Assembly: GCF_004010195.1 (NCBI RefSeq)
Contig: NC_057718.1
Coordinates: 20,791,635-20,838,264 of the forward strand
DNA from: Chiloscyllium plagiosum
Taxonomy: Eukaryota
Reading direction: 5' to 3'
Length of the DNA: 46,630 bases
The notes beneath the pieces are model-generated. The model worked only from the letters and a program-made list of their open reading frames with translations, was not told where the DNA came from and did not search any database. Shown piece after piece: positions 33,544-46,157 of the stretch (its first letter is position 1; each line of letters starts with the position of its first letter). Both the position numbers and the translations under genes were made by a program.

Positions 33544-34302
33544 GTGATGGATGGTAGTTATAGGAAGGGAGGAAAGTCTCAGATACAGTCACATAGATGG
33601 GTTAACTCCAGGAAGGGTGAGAGAGGTCAGCACCTAGGGCAGGAGTCTTTTGTGGATATACCTATTTCAAACAGGTATGCTGTTTTGGAAAATGTAGGGG
33701 GTGATGGATTCTCAGGGGAACGTAGCACAAACAGCCAAGTTTCTGGTATTGAGACTGGCTCTAATGCAACGAGAAGTACATCGGCTTCCAAGAGGTCAAT
33801 TGTGTTAGGGGATTCCGTAATCAGAGGTACAGACAGACATTGCTGCGGCCAGCAGAGAAAAAGCAGAATGGTGTGTTGCTTCCCTGGTGCCAGGATCAAG
33901 GATGTCTCAGAAAGGGTGTGGAATGTTCTAACAGGGGAGAGGGGCCAGCAGGAGGTCATTGTCCACATTGGAACAAACAACATTGGAAGGGAAAATGTTG
34001 AGACTCTGAAGGGAGATTACAGAGAATTAGGCAGAAATTTAAAAAGGAAGTCCTCAAGGGTAGTAAGATCTGGATTACTCCCAGTGCTACGAGCTAGTGA
34101 GGGCAGGATTAGGAGGATAGAGCAGATGAATGCATGGCTGAGGAGCTGGTGTATGGGAGAAGGATTCACATTTTTAGATCATTGGAATCTCTTTTGGGGT
34201 AGAAGTGACCTGTACAAGGAGGACGGATTGCACCTAAATTGGAAGGGGACTAATATACTGGCAGGGAAATTTGCTAGAACTGCTTGTGAGGATTTAAATT
34301 AG
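33544..34302 (+). CDS. CR1 ORF1 SGNH/GDSL esterase domain (252-aa open frame; upstream zinc-finger part disrupted)
   Basis: Blocks IVLGDS, FPGA, HIGTNN and DGLH are all present in one frame. Confidence 0.8.
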   Translation: MMDGSYRKGGKSQIQSHRWVNSRKGERGQHLGQESFVDIPISNRYAVLENVGGDGFSGERSTNSQVSGIETGSNATRSTSASKRSIVLGDSVIRGTDRHCCGQQRKSRMVCCFPGARIKDVSERVWNVLTGERGQQEVIVHIGTNNIGRENVETLKGDYRELGRNLKRKSSRVVRSGLLPVLRASEGRIRRIEQMNAWLRSWCMGEGFTFLDHWNLFWGRSDLYKEDGLHLNWKGTNILAGKFARTACEDLN

Positions 34303-35656
34303 TAAGGTGGGAGGGGTGGGAACCAGGGGATAGTGAGGAAAGAGATCGATCTGAGACGGGTACAGCTGAGAACAGAAGTGAGTCAAACAGTCAGGGCAGG
34401 CAGGGACAAGGTAGATGAACTCAGGGCATATTTAGGAACATGGGACTGGGATATCATAGCAATTACAGAAACATGGCTCAGGGATGGGCAGGACTGGCAG
34501 CTGAATGTTCCAGGATACAAATGCTACAGGAAGGATAGAAAGGGAGGCGAGAGAGGAGGGGGAGTGGCATCTTTGATAAGGGATAACATTACAGCTATGC
34601 TGAGGGAGGATATTCCTGGGAATACATCCAGGGAAGTTACTTGGGTGGAACTGAGAAATAAGAAAGGGATGATCACCTTATTGGGATTGTATTATAGACC
34701 CCCCAAAAGTCAGAGGGAAATTGAGAAACAAACTTGTAAAGGGATCTCAGCTATCTGTTTGAATAATAGGTAGTTATGGTAGGGATTTTAACTTTCCAAA
34801 CATCGACTGGGACTGCCATAGTGTTAAAGGTTTAGATGGAGAAGAATTTCATTTGTGTGTACAAGACAATTTTCTGATTCAGTATGTGGATTTACCTACT
34901 AGAGAAGATGCAAAACCTGACCTATTCTTGGAAATAAGGCAGGGCAGGTGACTGAGGTGTCAGTGGGGGAGCACTTTGGAGCCAGCGACCATAATTCTAT
35001 TCATTTTAAAATAGTGATGGAAAAGGATAGACCAGATCTAAAAGGTGAAGTTCTAAATCAGAGAAAGGCCAATTTTGACGGTATTAGGCAAGAACGTTTG
35101 AAAGCTGATTGGAGGCAGATGTTCGCAGATATAGGGATGGCGGGAAAATGGGAAGCCTTCAGAAATGAGATAACTAGAATCCAGAGAAAGTACATTCCTG
35201 TCAGGGTGAAAGGAAAGGTTGGTAGGTAGAGGGAATGCTGGATGACTAAAGAAATTGAGAGTTTGGTTAAGAGAAAGAAGGAAGCATATGTCAGGTACAG
35301 ACAGGATAGGTCTAGTGAATCCTTAGAAGAGTATAAAGAAAGTAGGAGTATACTTAAGAGGGAAATCAGGAGTGCAAAAAGGGGACATGAGATAGCTTTG
35401 GCAAATAGAATTATGGAGAATCCAAAAGGTTTTTACAAATATATTAAGGACAAAAGGGTAACTAGGGAGAGAATAGGGCCCCTCAAAGATCAGCAAGCCA
35501 GCCTTTGTGTGGAACTACAGAAAATGGGGGAGATACTAAATGAATATTTTGCATCAGTATTTACTGTGGAAAAGGATATGGAAGATATAGACTGTCGGGA
35601 AATAGATGGTGACATCTTGCAAAATGTCCAGATTACAGAGGAGGAAGTGCTGGATG

Positions 35657-36375
35657 NNNNNNNNNNNNNNNNNNNNNNNNNNNNNNNNNNNNNNNNNNNN
35701 NNNNNNNNNNNNNNNNNNNNNNNNNNNNNNNNNNNNNNNNNNNNNNNNNNNNNNNNNNNNNNNNNNNNNNNNNNNNNNNNNNNNNNNNNNNNNNNNNNNN
35801 NNNNNNNNNNNNNNNNNNNNNNNNNNNNNNNNNNNNNNNNNNNNNNNNNNNNNNNNNNNNNNNNNNNNNNNNNNNNNNNNNNNNNNNNNNNNNNNNNNNN
35901 NNNNNNNNNNNNNNNNNNNNNNNNNNNNNNNNNNNNNNNNNNNNNNNNNNNNNNNNNNNNNNNNNNNNNNNNNNNNNNNNNNNNNNNNNNNNNNNNNNNN
36001 NNNNNNNNNNNNNNNNNNNNNNNNNNNNNNNNNNNNNNNNNNNNNNNNNNNNNNNNNNNNNNNNNNNNNNNNNNNNNNNNNNNNNNNNNNNNNNNNNNNN
36101 NNNNNNNNNNNNNNNNNNNNNNNNNNNNNNNNNNNNNNNNNNNNNNNNNNNNNNNNNNNNNNNNNNNNNNNNNNNNNNNNNNNNNNNNNNNNNNNNNNNN
36201 NNNNNNNNNNNNNNNNNNNNNNNNNNNNNNNNNNNNNNNNNNNNNNNNNNNNNNNNNNNNNNNNNNNNNNNNNNNNNNNNNNNNNNNNNNNNNNNNNNNN
36301 NNNNNNNNNNNNNNNNNNNNNNNNNNNNNNNNNNNNNNNNNNNNNNNNNNNNNNNNNNNNNNNNNNNNNNNNNNN
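35657..36375. other. Assembly gap (719 N)
   Basis: Run of n characters. Confidence 1.
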
Positions 36376-37371
36376 AAAGATTTACAAGGACGTTGCCAGG
36401 GTTGGAGGATCTGAGCTACAGGGAGAGGCTGAACAGGCTGGGGCTGTTTTCCCTGGAGCGTCGGAGGCTGAGGGGTGACCTTATAGAGGTTTACAAAATT
36501 ATGAGGGGCATTGATAGGATAAATAGACAGTCTTTTCCCTGGGGTCGGGGAGTCCAGAACTAGAGGGCACAGATTTAGGGTGAGAGAGGAAAGATATAAA
36601 AGAGACCTAAGGGGCAACTTTTTCACGCAGAGAGTGGTACGTGTATGGAATGAGCTGCCAGAGGATGTGGTGGAGGGTGGTACAATTGCAACATTTAAGA
36701 GGCATTTGGATGGGTATATGAATATGGGCCGGGTGCTGGTAGGTGGAACTAGATTGGGTTGGGATATCTGGTCGGCATGGATGGGTTAGACTGAAGGGTC
36801 TGTTTCCATGCTGTACATCTCTATGACTCACCTGCATTTGAAAATCATTACCAGCTGAAGATTGCTAAAGCTATTATGGCCATCCTTTACATGAAAGACT
36901 GGTACTGTGCTTCAGACTGCACATGGTCGCTCTTTTACTGACTTGAGTACTGCAGCAAGTTCATAGCTTGTAAAGTTGTGCGAACCATTTCTTAATTCAA
37001 GGATTAGCACACTGACCTTGGGAGGCATTTCCTCAGTCAAGGGTTCCACTTATCTCCAGGTGCTCATCTCACCTGATACCATCTTTGAACAGGTTGATTA
37101 GAAAATATCTCGAGTGGCCACATCACTGGTCCACACTCACCGCTAACTAGATAAAAGCACTGAAGGAGTGTCATCACCGAACAAGTCCTTCAATAGAACA
37201 AGAACTGTAATATTTAAACTGAAATTTACAGCAATGCTGGAAAAATTTTTAAGTAATTTGTTTTTTCACTATACTTGAAAGTTAGGAAAAGAAATTCCTT
37301 CCATTTCAAAAACAGAAGTCAAAAACAATTTCCAAATATTATAAGTAACAGTACAGAGATGGAAAACAGCA

Positions 37372-39208
37372 ATAGAGTCACAGAGATGTACAGCCTCCAC
37401 CACTTCCTCTGGCAGGTCATTCCACACACGTGCCCCTTAGGTCTCCTTTACATCTTGCCCCTCTCACCCTAAACCTATGCCCTCTAGTTCTGGACTCCCC
37501 AATCCCAGGGAAGGGACATTGTCTACTTATCCTATCCATGCCCCTCATGATTTTGTAAACCTCTATAAAGGTCACCACTCAGCCTCTGACGCTCCAGGGA
37601 AAACAGCCCCAGCCTATGCAATGTCTCCCTATTGCTCAAACCCCACAACCCTGGCAACATCCTTGTAAATCTTTTCTGAACCCTTTCAAGTTTCACAACA
37701 TCCTTCCGATAGGAAGGAGACCAGAATTGCACACATGACCTCCCAACTCCTGTACTCAATACTCTGACCAATAAAGGAAAGCATACCAAACACCACCTTC
37801 ACTATCCTATCTACTTGCGACTCCACTTTCAAGGAGCTATGAACCTGCACTCCAAGGTCTCTTTGTTCAGCAACACTACCTAGGACCTTACCATTAAGTG
37901 TATAAGTCCTGCTAAGATTTGCTTTCCCAAAATGCAGCACCTCGCATTTATCTAGATTAAACTCCATCTGCCACTTCTCAGCCCATTGGTCCATCTGATC
38001 AAGATCTTGTAATCTGAAGTAACCTTCTTTGCTGTCCACTACACCACCAATTTCGGTGTCATCAGCAAACTTACAAACTATACCTCTTATGCTCACATCC
38101 AAATAATTTATGTAAATTACGAAAAGTAGTGAACCCAGCACTGATCCTTGTGGCACTCCACTTGTGACAGGCCTCCAGTCTGAAAAATAACCTTCCACCA
38201 CCACCCTCTGTCTTCTACCTTTGAGCTAGTTCTGTATCCAAATGGCTAGTTAGTTCTCTCTGTGAGATCTAACCTTGCTAACCAGTCTCCCATGGGAAAC
38301 CTTGTCTACCGTCTTACTGAAGTCCATATAGATCACATCCACCGTTCTGCTCACATCAATCCTCTTTGTTACTTCTTCAAAACACTCAATCAAGCTTGTG
38401 AGACATGATATCTCGTGCACAAAGCCATGTTGACTAGCCCTAATCAGTCCTTGCCTTTCAAAATACAAGTATATCCTGTCCCTCAAGATTCTCTCCAACA
38501 ACTTGCCCACCACCGATGTCATGCTCACTGATCTATTATTGCCTTGCTTATCTTTACCACCTTTCTTAAACAGCGGCACCACGTTAGCCAACCTCCAGTC
38601 TCTGGCATATCACCTGTGACTATCAATAATTACAAATATCTCAGCAAGGGGCCCAGCAAACACTTACCTAGCTTCCCACAGAGTTTTAGGGTACACCTGA
38701 TCAGGTCCTGGGGATTTATCCACTTTTATACATTTCAAGACATCCAGCACTTCCTCCTCTGTAATATGGACATTTTTCAAGATGTCATCATCTATTTCCC
38801 TACATTCTACATTGTCCATGTCCTTTTCCACAGTAAACGCCGAATGAAAATACTTGTTTAGTATCTCCCCCATCTCTTACGGCTCTGCACAAAGGCTGCC
38901 TTGCTGATTTTTGAGGGGCCCTATTCTCTCCCTAGTTATTCTTTTGTCTTTAATATATATTTGTAAAAACACTTTGGGTTCTCCTTAACTTTATTTGCAA
39001 AAGCTATCTCATGTTGCCTTTTTGTTCCCTTGATTTCCCTCTTAAGTATACTCCTACTGCCTTTATTCTCCAAGGATTCATTTGATCGATCTTGTCTATA
39101 GCTGACATATGTTTCCTTCTTTTTCTTAACCAAATCTTCAACTTCTTTCATCATTCAGCATTCCCTACCAGCCCTTCCTTTCACCCTGACAGGAATATAC
39201 TGTCTCTG
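37372..39208 (-). mobile_element. 5'-truncated CR1 LINE with several internal deletions
   Basis: KSPGPD, ANVVPLFKKG, QHGF, DFSK, GVPQGSVLG, KFADDT; tail gctgtacatctctgtgactctat. Confidence 0.94.
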
Positions 39209-39964
39209 TTAACAGAGAAATTTGTTGCACTCTCAATCATAGAATATTATTGACAGTGATGAGAAAAACATGGAGATAAAAAGGCACAAAAAATTATGGT
39301 TAAAAACTGTCTGGATACTATTTTGGATGACTAAAGAAAATGGCAGCACTCGGTCATGTTTGTAATATTCTGCCAATGTACAATTGTGCATCAATTTATC
39401 TAACAAATTCAACCTCGTCACAGGAGAAGGGCAACCAAAACATCCATACCCAAAATTAATTTAGGAACAGGCTAATCTTTTGTTCCTGGATTTCTTTATG
39501 TTTAAACTCCATGGGACAATGCACTTTGCCATCCTGATCCGATCTAAAGGCAAATCAGAATTCTTACTTCAGAAAAGCTCTTTTCAAATGGCTTGCACTC
39601 AACCAATTTAAAATGCAACTCATTAATTACTGAAATACATGTCATGGGGATCTGAAACCAAAGACAGCATTAAAAAAGAAATGTAGTCCCATGTTGAGTA
39701 ACATGTTTAAGAGTAGCAATGTGTCACATTGAGCAGTCCAAGTTGAGAAATAATGTAGGTTTCAATTCTTATTCCATTATTCTTGATCTCAGGTGTGCTG
39801 TTGTGCGGACTAATCAAAAAGCCAGACAACTCCTTACAAAGCACATGTATAACAATGGAGAATATAATGTTGGAAATGAAAGCCTCTTTCACAGCAGTAA
39901 TTCTGCGTGTGTTCTCTAATTTCAATGTCCACCAGCACAGCACCCTCAACACCAGCATGCGATG

Positions 39965-40022
39965 GTAAGCATCAGAAGCCGTCTGACCTACTTTGTTTTT
40001 CCAGTACCACACTCTCGACTTA
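39965..40022 (+). mobile_element. PLE tail remnant
   Basis: cagaagccgtctgacctactttgtttttccagtaccacactctcgact; similar to 32510..32557. Confidence 0.5.
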
Positions 40023-40654
40023 GAAATTCTGTGGTTCACTTGCATTTATAAATTTACTGGTTTCCCTGCTTTGGCTCCTCTGTATTAGCATAACTAAAAT
40101 ATTTTTCATTGGGTACATGGCAGACATCTTATTGGAATTCATACTGACAGCATACATTATCAATATTTTCAGTATTTAGATATCTCATGTATACACCACC
40201 ATCTCAATAAAATGATAAAAATATAAAAACAAGGCTAATGAGTATTAAGGTGGGCAGAGATTAGACACATGAATCACAGAAGCATGCAGTAAGAAATTAA
40301 TGCATATGGCTGAGTTTGGATAACTTGTATGACAATTTATAAATTTAAGTTTTAGAGGGCATCGCGTAATTGAAGGAAATCCACCTTGTTCCATTACACT
40401 ACTTCTAAAAGTATCAAATGGTCACTGCAACTTAAATGAGAACCATATTACTATTACAACAAGTAAAAGCTGATGAACAACCTCTCAAGATACCAATGTC
40501 CTGAGATCAGCACTTCGTTACGAAGATTTAACACACTGGAAGGCAGTCAGAAATGAGAAATTTTATACAACACTTCTGATTCTGCCTCATCCTTCCATCT
40601 ATTCCCAATTCACAAACAGGAACTGCAAACTTGTAGGCAGTATGCTATTTCATA

Positions 40655-41826
40655 TACAAATTTAATTGAGTTTTTTTTGAAGAGGTTACCAAAAAGCAAG
40701 AACAAGGCAGTGAGGTAGGCATTTTCTACATGGACTTTGGCAAGGCCTTCAACAACGTCCCACATGGTTAGTAAGGTTAGATCTTATGGGATCCTGGGAA
40801 AGATAGCCAATTGGACACAAAATTGGCTTGATGGTAGAAGGCAGAGGATGGTGGTACAGGATTGTTATTTGGACTGGAGGCCTGTGACCAGGATCATTTC
40901 TGGGTCCATTGTTGTTTAGTCATTTATATCAGCGATTTGGATGAGTATATTGGAGGTATGGCTCGTAAATTTGCGGATGATGCCAAAATTGGTGTCAGAG
41001 TGGACTGCAAAGAAGGTTAGCTAAGGGTACAATGAGATCTTAATCAGTTAAGGCAATGGGCCGAGGAGTGGCAGATGGAGTTTAATTTAAATGAATGCAA
41101 TATATTGCAGTTTGATAAGGCAAAGCAGGGCAAGACTTACAAAGTTAATGGAAGGGCCCTGGGGAATATTGATGAAAAGAGGGAACAAGGAACTTTCATT
41201 GATCCTTGAAAATGGCATCGCAGGTAGACAGGGTAATGAACGCGGTATTTGGCATATTTGCCTTCAGAGCACTGAATATAGCAATTGGGATGTCATGTTG
41301 TGGCTGTACAAGACATTTACGAGTCCACATTTAGAATACTGTGCAAATTCTGGTCATCCAGCTACAGGAAGTATATTGTTAAACTAGAAAGGATACTGAA
41401 AAAAATTACAGTGGTTGCTAGGACTTGAGTCATAAGGAGAGGCTGCATAGACCAGAACTTTTTTACCTGGAGCTTTGGAGACTGAGGAGTGACCATATGC
41501 AGGTTTATAAAATAATGAAAGGCATTGATAGGTTGAATAGCCGTGTTCTTTTTCCAAGGGTGGGAGAGTCCAAAACTAGACACCATACATTTAAGGTTAG
41601 AAGGGAAAGATTTAAAAGGGACCTGAGGGGCTACCTTTTCATGCAAAGGATGGTGCGTGGATGGAATGAGCTGCCAGAGGAAGTGGTACAGGCAGGTACA
41701 ATTCCAACATTTGAAAGACATTTGAAGGGCAAAATGCAGGCAAATGGGATTAGTTCAGTTTAGGATACCTGGTCAGCATGGACAAGTTGGACCAAAGACA
41801 CTGTTTCTGTTTCTATGACTCTGTGA
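40655..41826 (+). mobile_element. 5'-truncated, degraded CR1 LINE with tail
   Basis: NLIEFFEEVT, YMDFGKAF, KFADDAK, LELWRLRSD, WNELPEEVV; tail ttctatgactctgtga. Confidence 0.9.
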
Positions 41827-42516
41827 CCGCAAGAGCTGAACTTTGACATCATCTAACCACTTACTCTGAAAATGTATTGTCTCAGCCAGCTGTTAACAGA
41901 ATCACAGAATTATTATGGTACATTAAGTGATCATTCAGCCTACCATGTCCACACCAGCTCTCCAAATGAGCAATTGATCTAATGTTCATGACAATCACAG
42001 CCAGAAATCCACTGGGAGTGTGGGGATTGAAGAAGAATGTGAAGGAGAGATATCTTCCCATTCATGAATAAATTGATGCAGAAAAAGATTTTTTTATTTT
42101 TGAACCTACAATAATTCATTTAGGAGGTCTGGAAAAACAGCCATTTACGCAGCTCATGCTTTACAGAACTGGTACATAGTTGCAAATACAGGCATTATAT
42201 CAATTTATTTTGCTTCCTCATGATCAATTTATTTCTCCATATGAGGGAAAATTTAATTTTGGGAGATTCAGATGGATCTCTGACTGCACATAAAACGATT
42301 GCAGCAACAGCTATTTTAAGTTATCCTTCATAAATCAGTCTTTTTGTAACATAGTCCTCACGCAACAACCTAGACAACAAAAAAAAAGGAAAACAAGTAT
42401 AACTCCTGGAGTCTATGACTTTTTTTGCTCCATATGGCGGCTTCTGTAGAGAATTGTGCCAAATTAATTTAGTGAATGTAGAGTGAAATTATCCTTTGAG
42501 GTCGATCTTGTGAACA

Positions 42517-42556
42517 ACCTCAACCTGAGCTACAAACCTTCACAAACCTTGCAAAA
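42517..42556 (+). mobile_element. 40-bp PLE 3'-end micro-insertion with a 12-bp TSD
   Basis: ATCTTGTGAACA at 42505-42516 and 42557-42568; insert acctcaacctgagctacaaa matches the PLE tail at ~31193-31212. Confidence 0.82.
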
Positions 42557-44924
42557 ATCTTGTGAACAGTTAAGTGGACTAGTCAAAGCTGGACAATTAA
42601 GTTTTCACTAAAACTTTACAAATCAACACCTGAATTCACTACACTTTCAAAATACCAAGCTCAGCACCAGTTAAGGTTAATGACTGCAGACAAGGCCTTT
42701 CAGGAAAAGACACAGTAAGACTCCATATGTTTCTGGCTCAGTTGAAGCACTTTGGTGGCCAAGCATTGCACACTACTGTCTCAAAGCATCACTGTATCAA
42801 CAGGATAAGGTCAGTTGTGTATGTTTACAAAAGTGGCCAATCAAGATAAAAGAAACAAGAACAATAAAGGTAAATTAATCTATCTTTTTGGTTTAATTTT
42901 TAATGCTGACTGCAGAACACAAGACAAACATTCATTTACTCCGCGCTCTCATTTTATTTGTGCCATTTTATTTCCTACCCAAGGGACAGATACATTTCTT
43001 ACATAACTGCAGCCCTGTTACCAAGGGATCAGCAATGTTAAAGGCTCTGCCCTTTCCCATCCATCTATGCTACATTTAGCCTGCTCCCCTAGTAGAGCTG
43101 CAACTGAGCCAATAGAATGGTGTAGAAATATTCGATTTCCAATATCAAAATCTTAGCTAGTTTTCAGACTTAAAGCAGGAGATTTGCAAACTACAGCATT
43201 CTGCTGTCATTGCTTCATGAAACACATATCGACCACTCAGTGTCGGATATCGTAAAATGCTCTGCATTAAAAGAGAATTCTTCAATAAGTAAACTAAAAG
43301 CTTTATTGACTGAAAACAAGAATCCACTTGGTATACTCTGAAAAGAAATTTAAGACTTTAAAAGGAAGCTTTGCGTCAATGCGTCCCTGCAAAGCTACCA
43401 TTAGTGGCTGTGGACTCAGGCTGATAAAGGCAGCCGTCTCCTAATAGTCACTGAGACAATCTTCCCACTTTAGCAAACTCCAGACATCCAGATGGATTGA
43501 ACTGTCATAACATTACAGCAGATACTGTCAGCTAGGCTGTACAGATTTCATATCTCATCTGAAATTTCCACTTTGCTGCTCCACAGCACAGTCTGTAAGT
43601 TAAGTCTGTTTACTATGTTCTGCCAGACTGCGTTTGAAGGTTAATAAAGTATATTTGTACAACTGCAGGGAAAAATTTTAAATGCATTAGTCCATTTCCC
43701 AAGGTGGTGCTCACATACAAAGTTTATTTTAATTAAATATGTCTCTTGTTGTAATGATCCTCTAACTTCTCATTCCCAACATTTGCCTCAGTCTCCCCTA
43801 ATTGTACAGTGTATGGTTCAATTGTTGTTGTCTCTGTAACCATGACTTCCTCCTTCTCGCTCAGCCTTTTGGTCTTGTACTTCACAAATATTGCATTATT
43901 GATTTTGTTTGCATCTTTTACATTTCAAAAGTAAATTGCTTACAATAAAATACCAGCAAGTATGACAGATGCAGTGAAAATGTGGACCAACAGTTGATGA
44001 ATGTTTACTGGTGAGAGAGAAACAGCAGCTGGAGTCATGCTAACATGAATAAAAAACAGACAGGGAAATCAACAGCAATGAGCCAAATGGGCAAGGTGTC
44101 ACAGTGTTGGGATCTGGTAGATCAACTGAAATAGCATATGACTGGGCTATAATATAGAGTTGGGGAAAAGAAAGAGAAAGTGAACCATTTACTCAGGACA
44201 TATACACAGCTGTTTAAAATCATCTCCAGATTAGCCAGATCTCAGCAAGAAAGGTGGGACTGCCACCTTCAGTGTTAAAATTCTATGTTTTCATACACTA
44301 TTAGGAAAACTTATGAAACGTAAATAAATCTCTGCATGTGTAATTGATAGCAATAAGTTAGGAACATGACATCTTGCTATTTGGGACATCAGATTGGTCC
44401 GTCAGATTTTCCTGGGCAAAAAAGCCAAAATGTTGAAGACAAAATCTGAAGCAAAACAAAAAACGCTGGAAACATGCACATTAAGAGATGTGGAGTGAAA
44501 ACAGTTAATTGGAAGAATTGTAACATCTAAACACACTCATAGCTGGGGTAGGCTGGCTGCAGCCTGGGAACTCTCAGTTTAACATAATGGAATTTGGCAT
44601 GGTTGAGCTTAAAATACACAGTATTGAAGAGGAAAGGTATGAGGAATGATAAGTATGATTGATCATTTTGAAGAAAGAAATACTTTTTAAGAAGTTCAGC
44701 AGAATCTACCAATCTTAATTATGGATACACATTTACTTTCCTAAAACAGTTCTTTGATTTATGTACTCCACCCAGGAATGCACTACCTACCTTTTGTCAA
44801 TGGCTCAATTGACAGCATTTTTGTCTCTGACACAGCACTGCAACACTACAAACTCAAAAATGACATTCTTAAATGATGTCTGTTTTGTCGTCTAAGCAAG
44901 ATGTAAAAGAAGCAATGTCTCCCC

Positions 44925-45035
44925 CTTGCTTGTGGCACATTGGTGGTGTCCTGTTCCCTGGACTGGGAGGCCTGGGTCAAAGTCCAACCTGCTCCAGAGA
45001 AGTGTAATAACACCCACAAATGGGTTGATTTGAAA
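44925..45035 (+). mobile_element. Degraded tRNA-type SINE head; relatives at ~23400..23497 (-) and ~37000..37110 (+)
   Basis: tgtggcacattggt (A-box-like), gggtcaaagtcc (B-box-like), acctgctccagag...gtaataaca...ggttgatt.gaaaa, partly shared with the related copies. Confidence 0.5.
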
Positions 45036-45699
45036 AGCTTTTTAAAAAAATTATGCAATGATGTTATTTTGAAGAAAAGCAGGCGAGTTATCATTGGTGC
45101 AGCTGAACTGGCAGCTTCTCAAAGTGACCAGACTTTATGGATAATTTCCTTAAGGTAATCAAAATTTAACAACAATATCTGACAGCTAAATAAACACAAT
45201 GAAATAAATTAAACCACAAATTTCACATTTCAGAAATTATGTTATTAAATTTTTAAACCCAATTTTAATGAAATATCTGCAGCTTTAAAATCTTACATGG
45301 TTTCATTTTTTTCCATCATAATTTAACTTGCATTACTAGTGAGTTTATTGCATGTTATCAGAAGTAATTTCTGGCGGAATAACTTTGAAGTCTCATTCAC
45401 ACATTCAGCTAGTAAAATACTCAAGATTCAGAACCTATCATCTCTGTTTAATGCCAAATCTCAAAATGACCATTACCTTTTCAAAATGGGATTTAAAATG
45501 ATTGCAAGTTTAGGGGCACATTTCCACACAATTAACATAAAAAAGGTACAATCTTCCCTCTTTGTTGTTGGTAAAGGGATGGGGACAAGTGGGACTGCTA
45601 AAGAATGGAAAAGACTCCGCACTGGCTGCATCTCGTGAAAAATTCATAAACGTGGATGCTGAAAAGTATTTACTCTTGTGGGAAAGAAATGGACTAGGA

Positions 45700-45965
45700 A
45701 ACACAGTTAAAAGGGGTTTCTATTAAGGTAGAGGTGAGAAGAATTTTTCTCTTTCAGAGGGTTATGAGTCATTGGAACTCTTGTTCTCAAAGATTGTGGA
45801 GGTATGGTCACTGAACACCTTTTGTTTTAAAAAAGTTGGTTGACTCCCATGCTAGTTACAAATCAAGGGTACTCAGGTTGGGCAGGAATGTGAAGTTGAG
45901 ACCAAATTTAGATCAGTCAAGAGAGGCTTCAGAGATTAAATGGTCTACCCCTGGTCCTAATTCTT
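45700..45965 (+). mobile_element. Old CR1 3' fragment
   Basis: actaggaaacacagt, ttctctttcagagggttatgagtcattggaactc, aaatggtctacccctggtcctaattctta. Confidence 0.6.
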
Positions 45966-46157
45966 ACGTTAATACTAACCAGGCCTAAAATCTCAATGAA
46001 AAATGTCTGTAGAGATTTCTATTATTGTAATCTTTACACATGAAAATAATTGATGGCAGCCAACAATTTAAAAAAAAACTTCCATTTATGAAAGTCTATT
46101 AATTGTTGATAAGTGGGTTTTAAGCTAAACGTTGCAAACAAGTAACTTATTTTTGCA

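Larger units (their letters stand above)
33000..36829 (+). mobile_element. Near full-length CR1 LINE (second copy), spanning an assembly gap
   Basis: Same 5'UTR as 6397 onward; ORF1 33544..34302; ORF2 fragments; tail ccatgctgtacatctctatgactc. Confidence 0.95.

Noticed and set aside
35242..36626. ORFs of 290-390 aa
   Set aside because: They are artefacts of reading through the N gap.
43060..43115. Possible upstream slc30a6 exon (CSST-like codons on the minus strand)
   Set aside because: The flanking residues and splice sites do not fit the expected SWKILLFG...MWCSSTNSI.
39230..45700. Numerous 60-110 aa ORFs in AT-rich sequence (outside the CR1 at 40655..41826)
   Set aside because: They show no recognisable domains or exon structure and are consistent with chance intronic ORFs.
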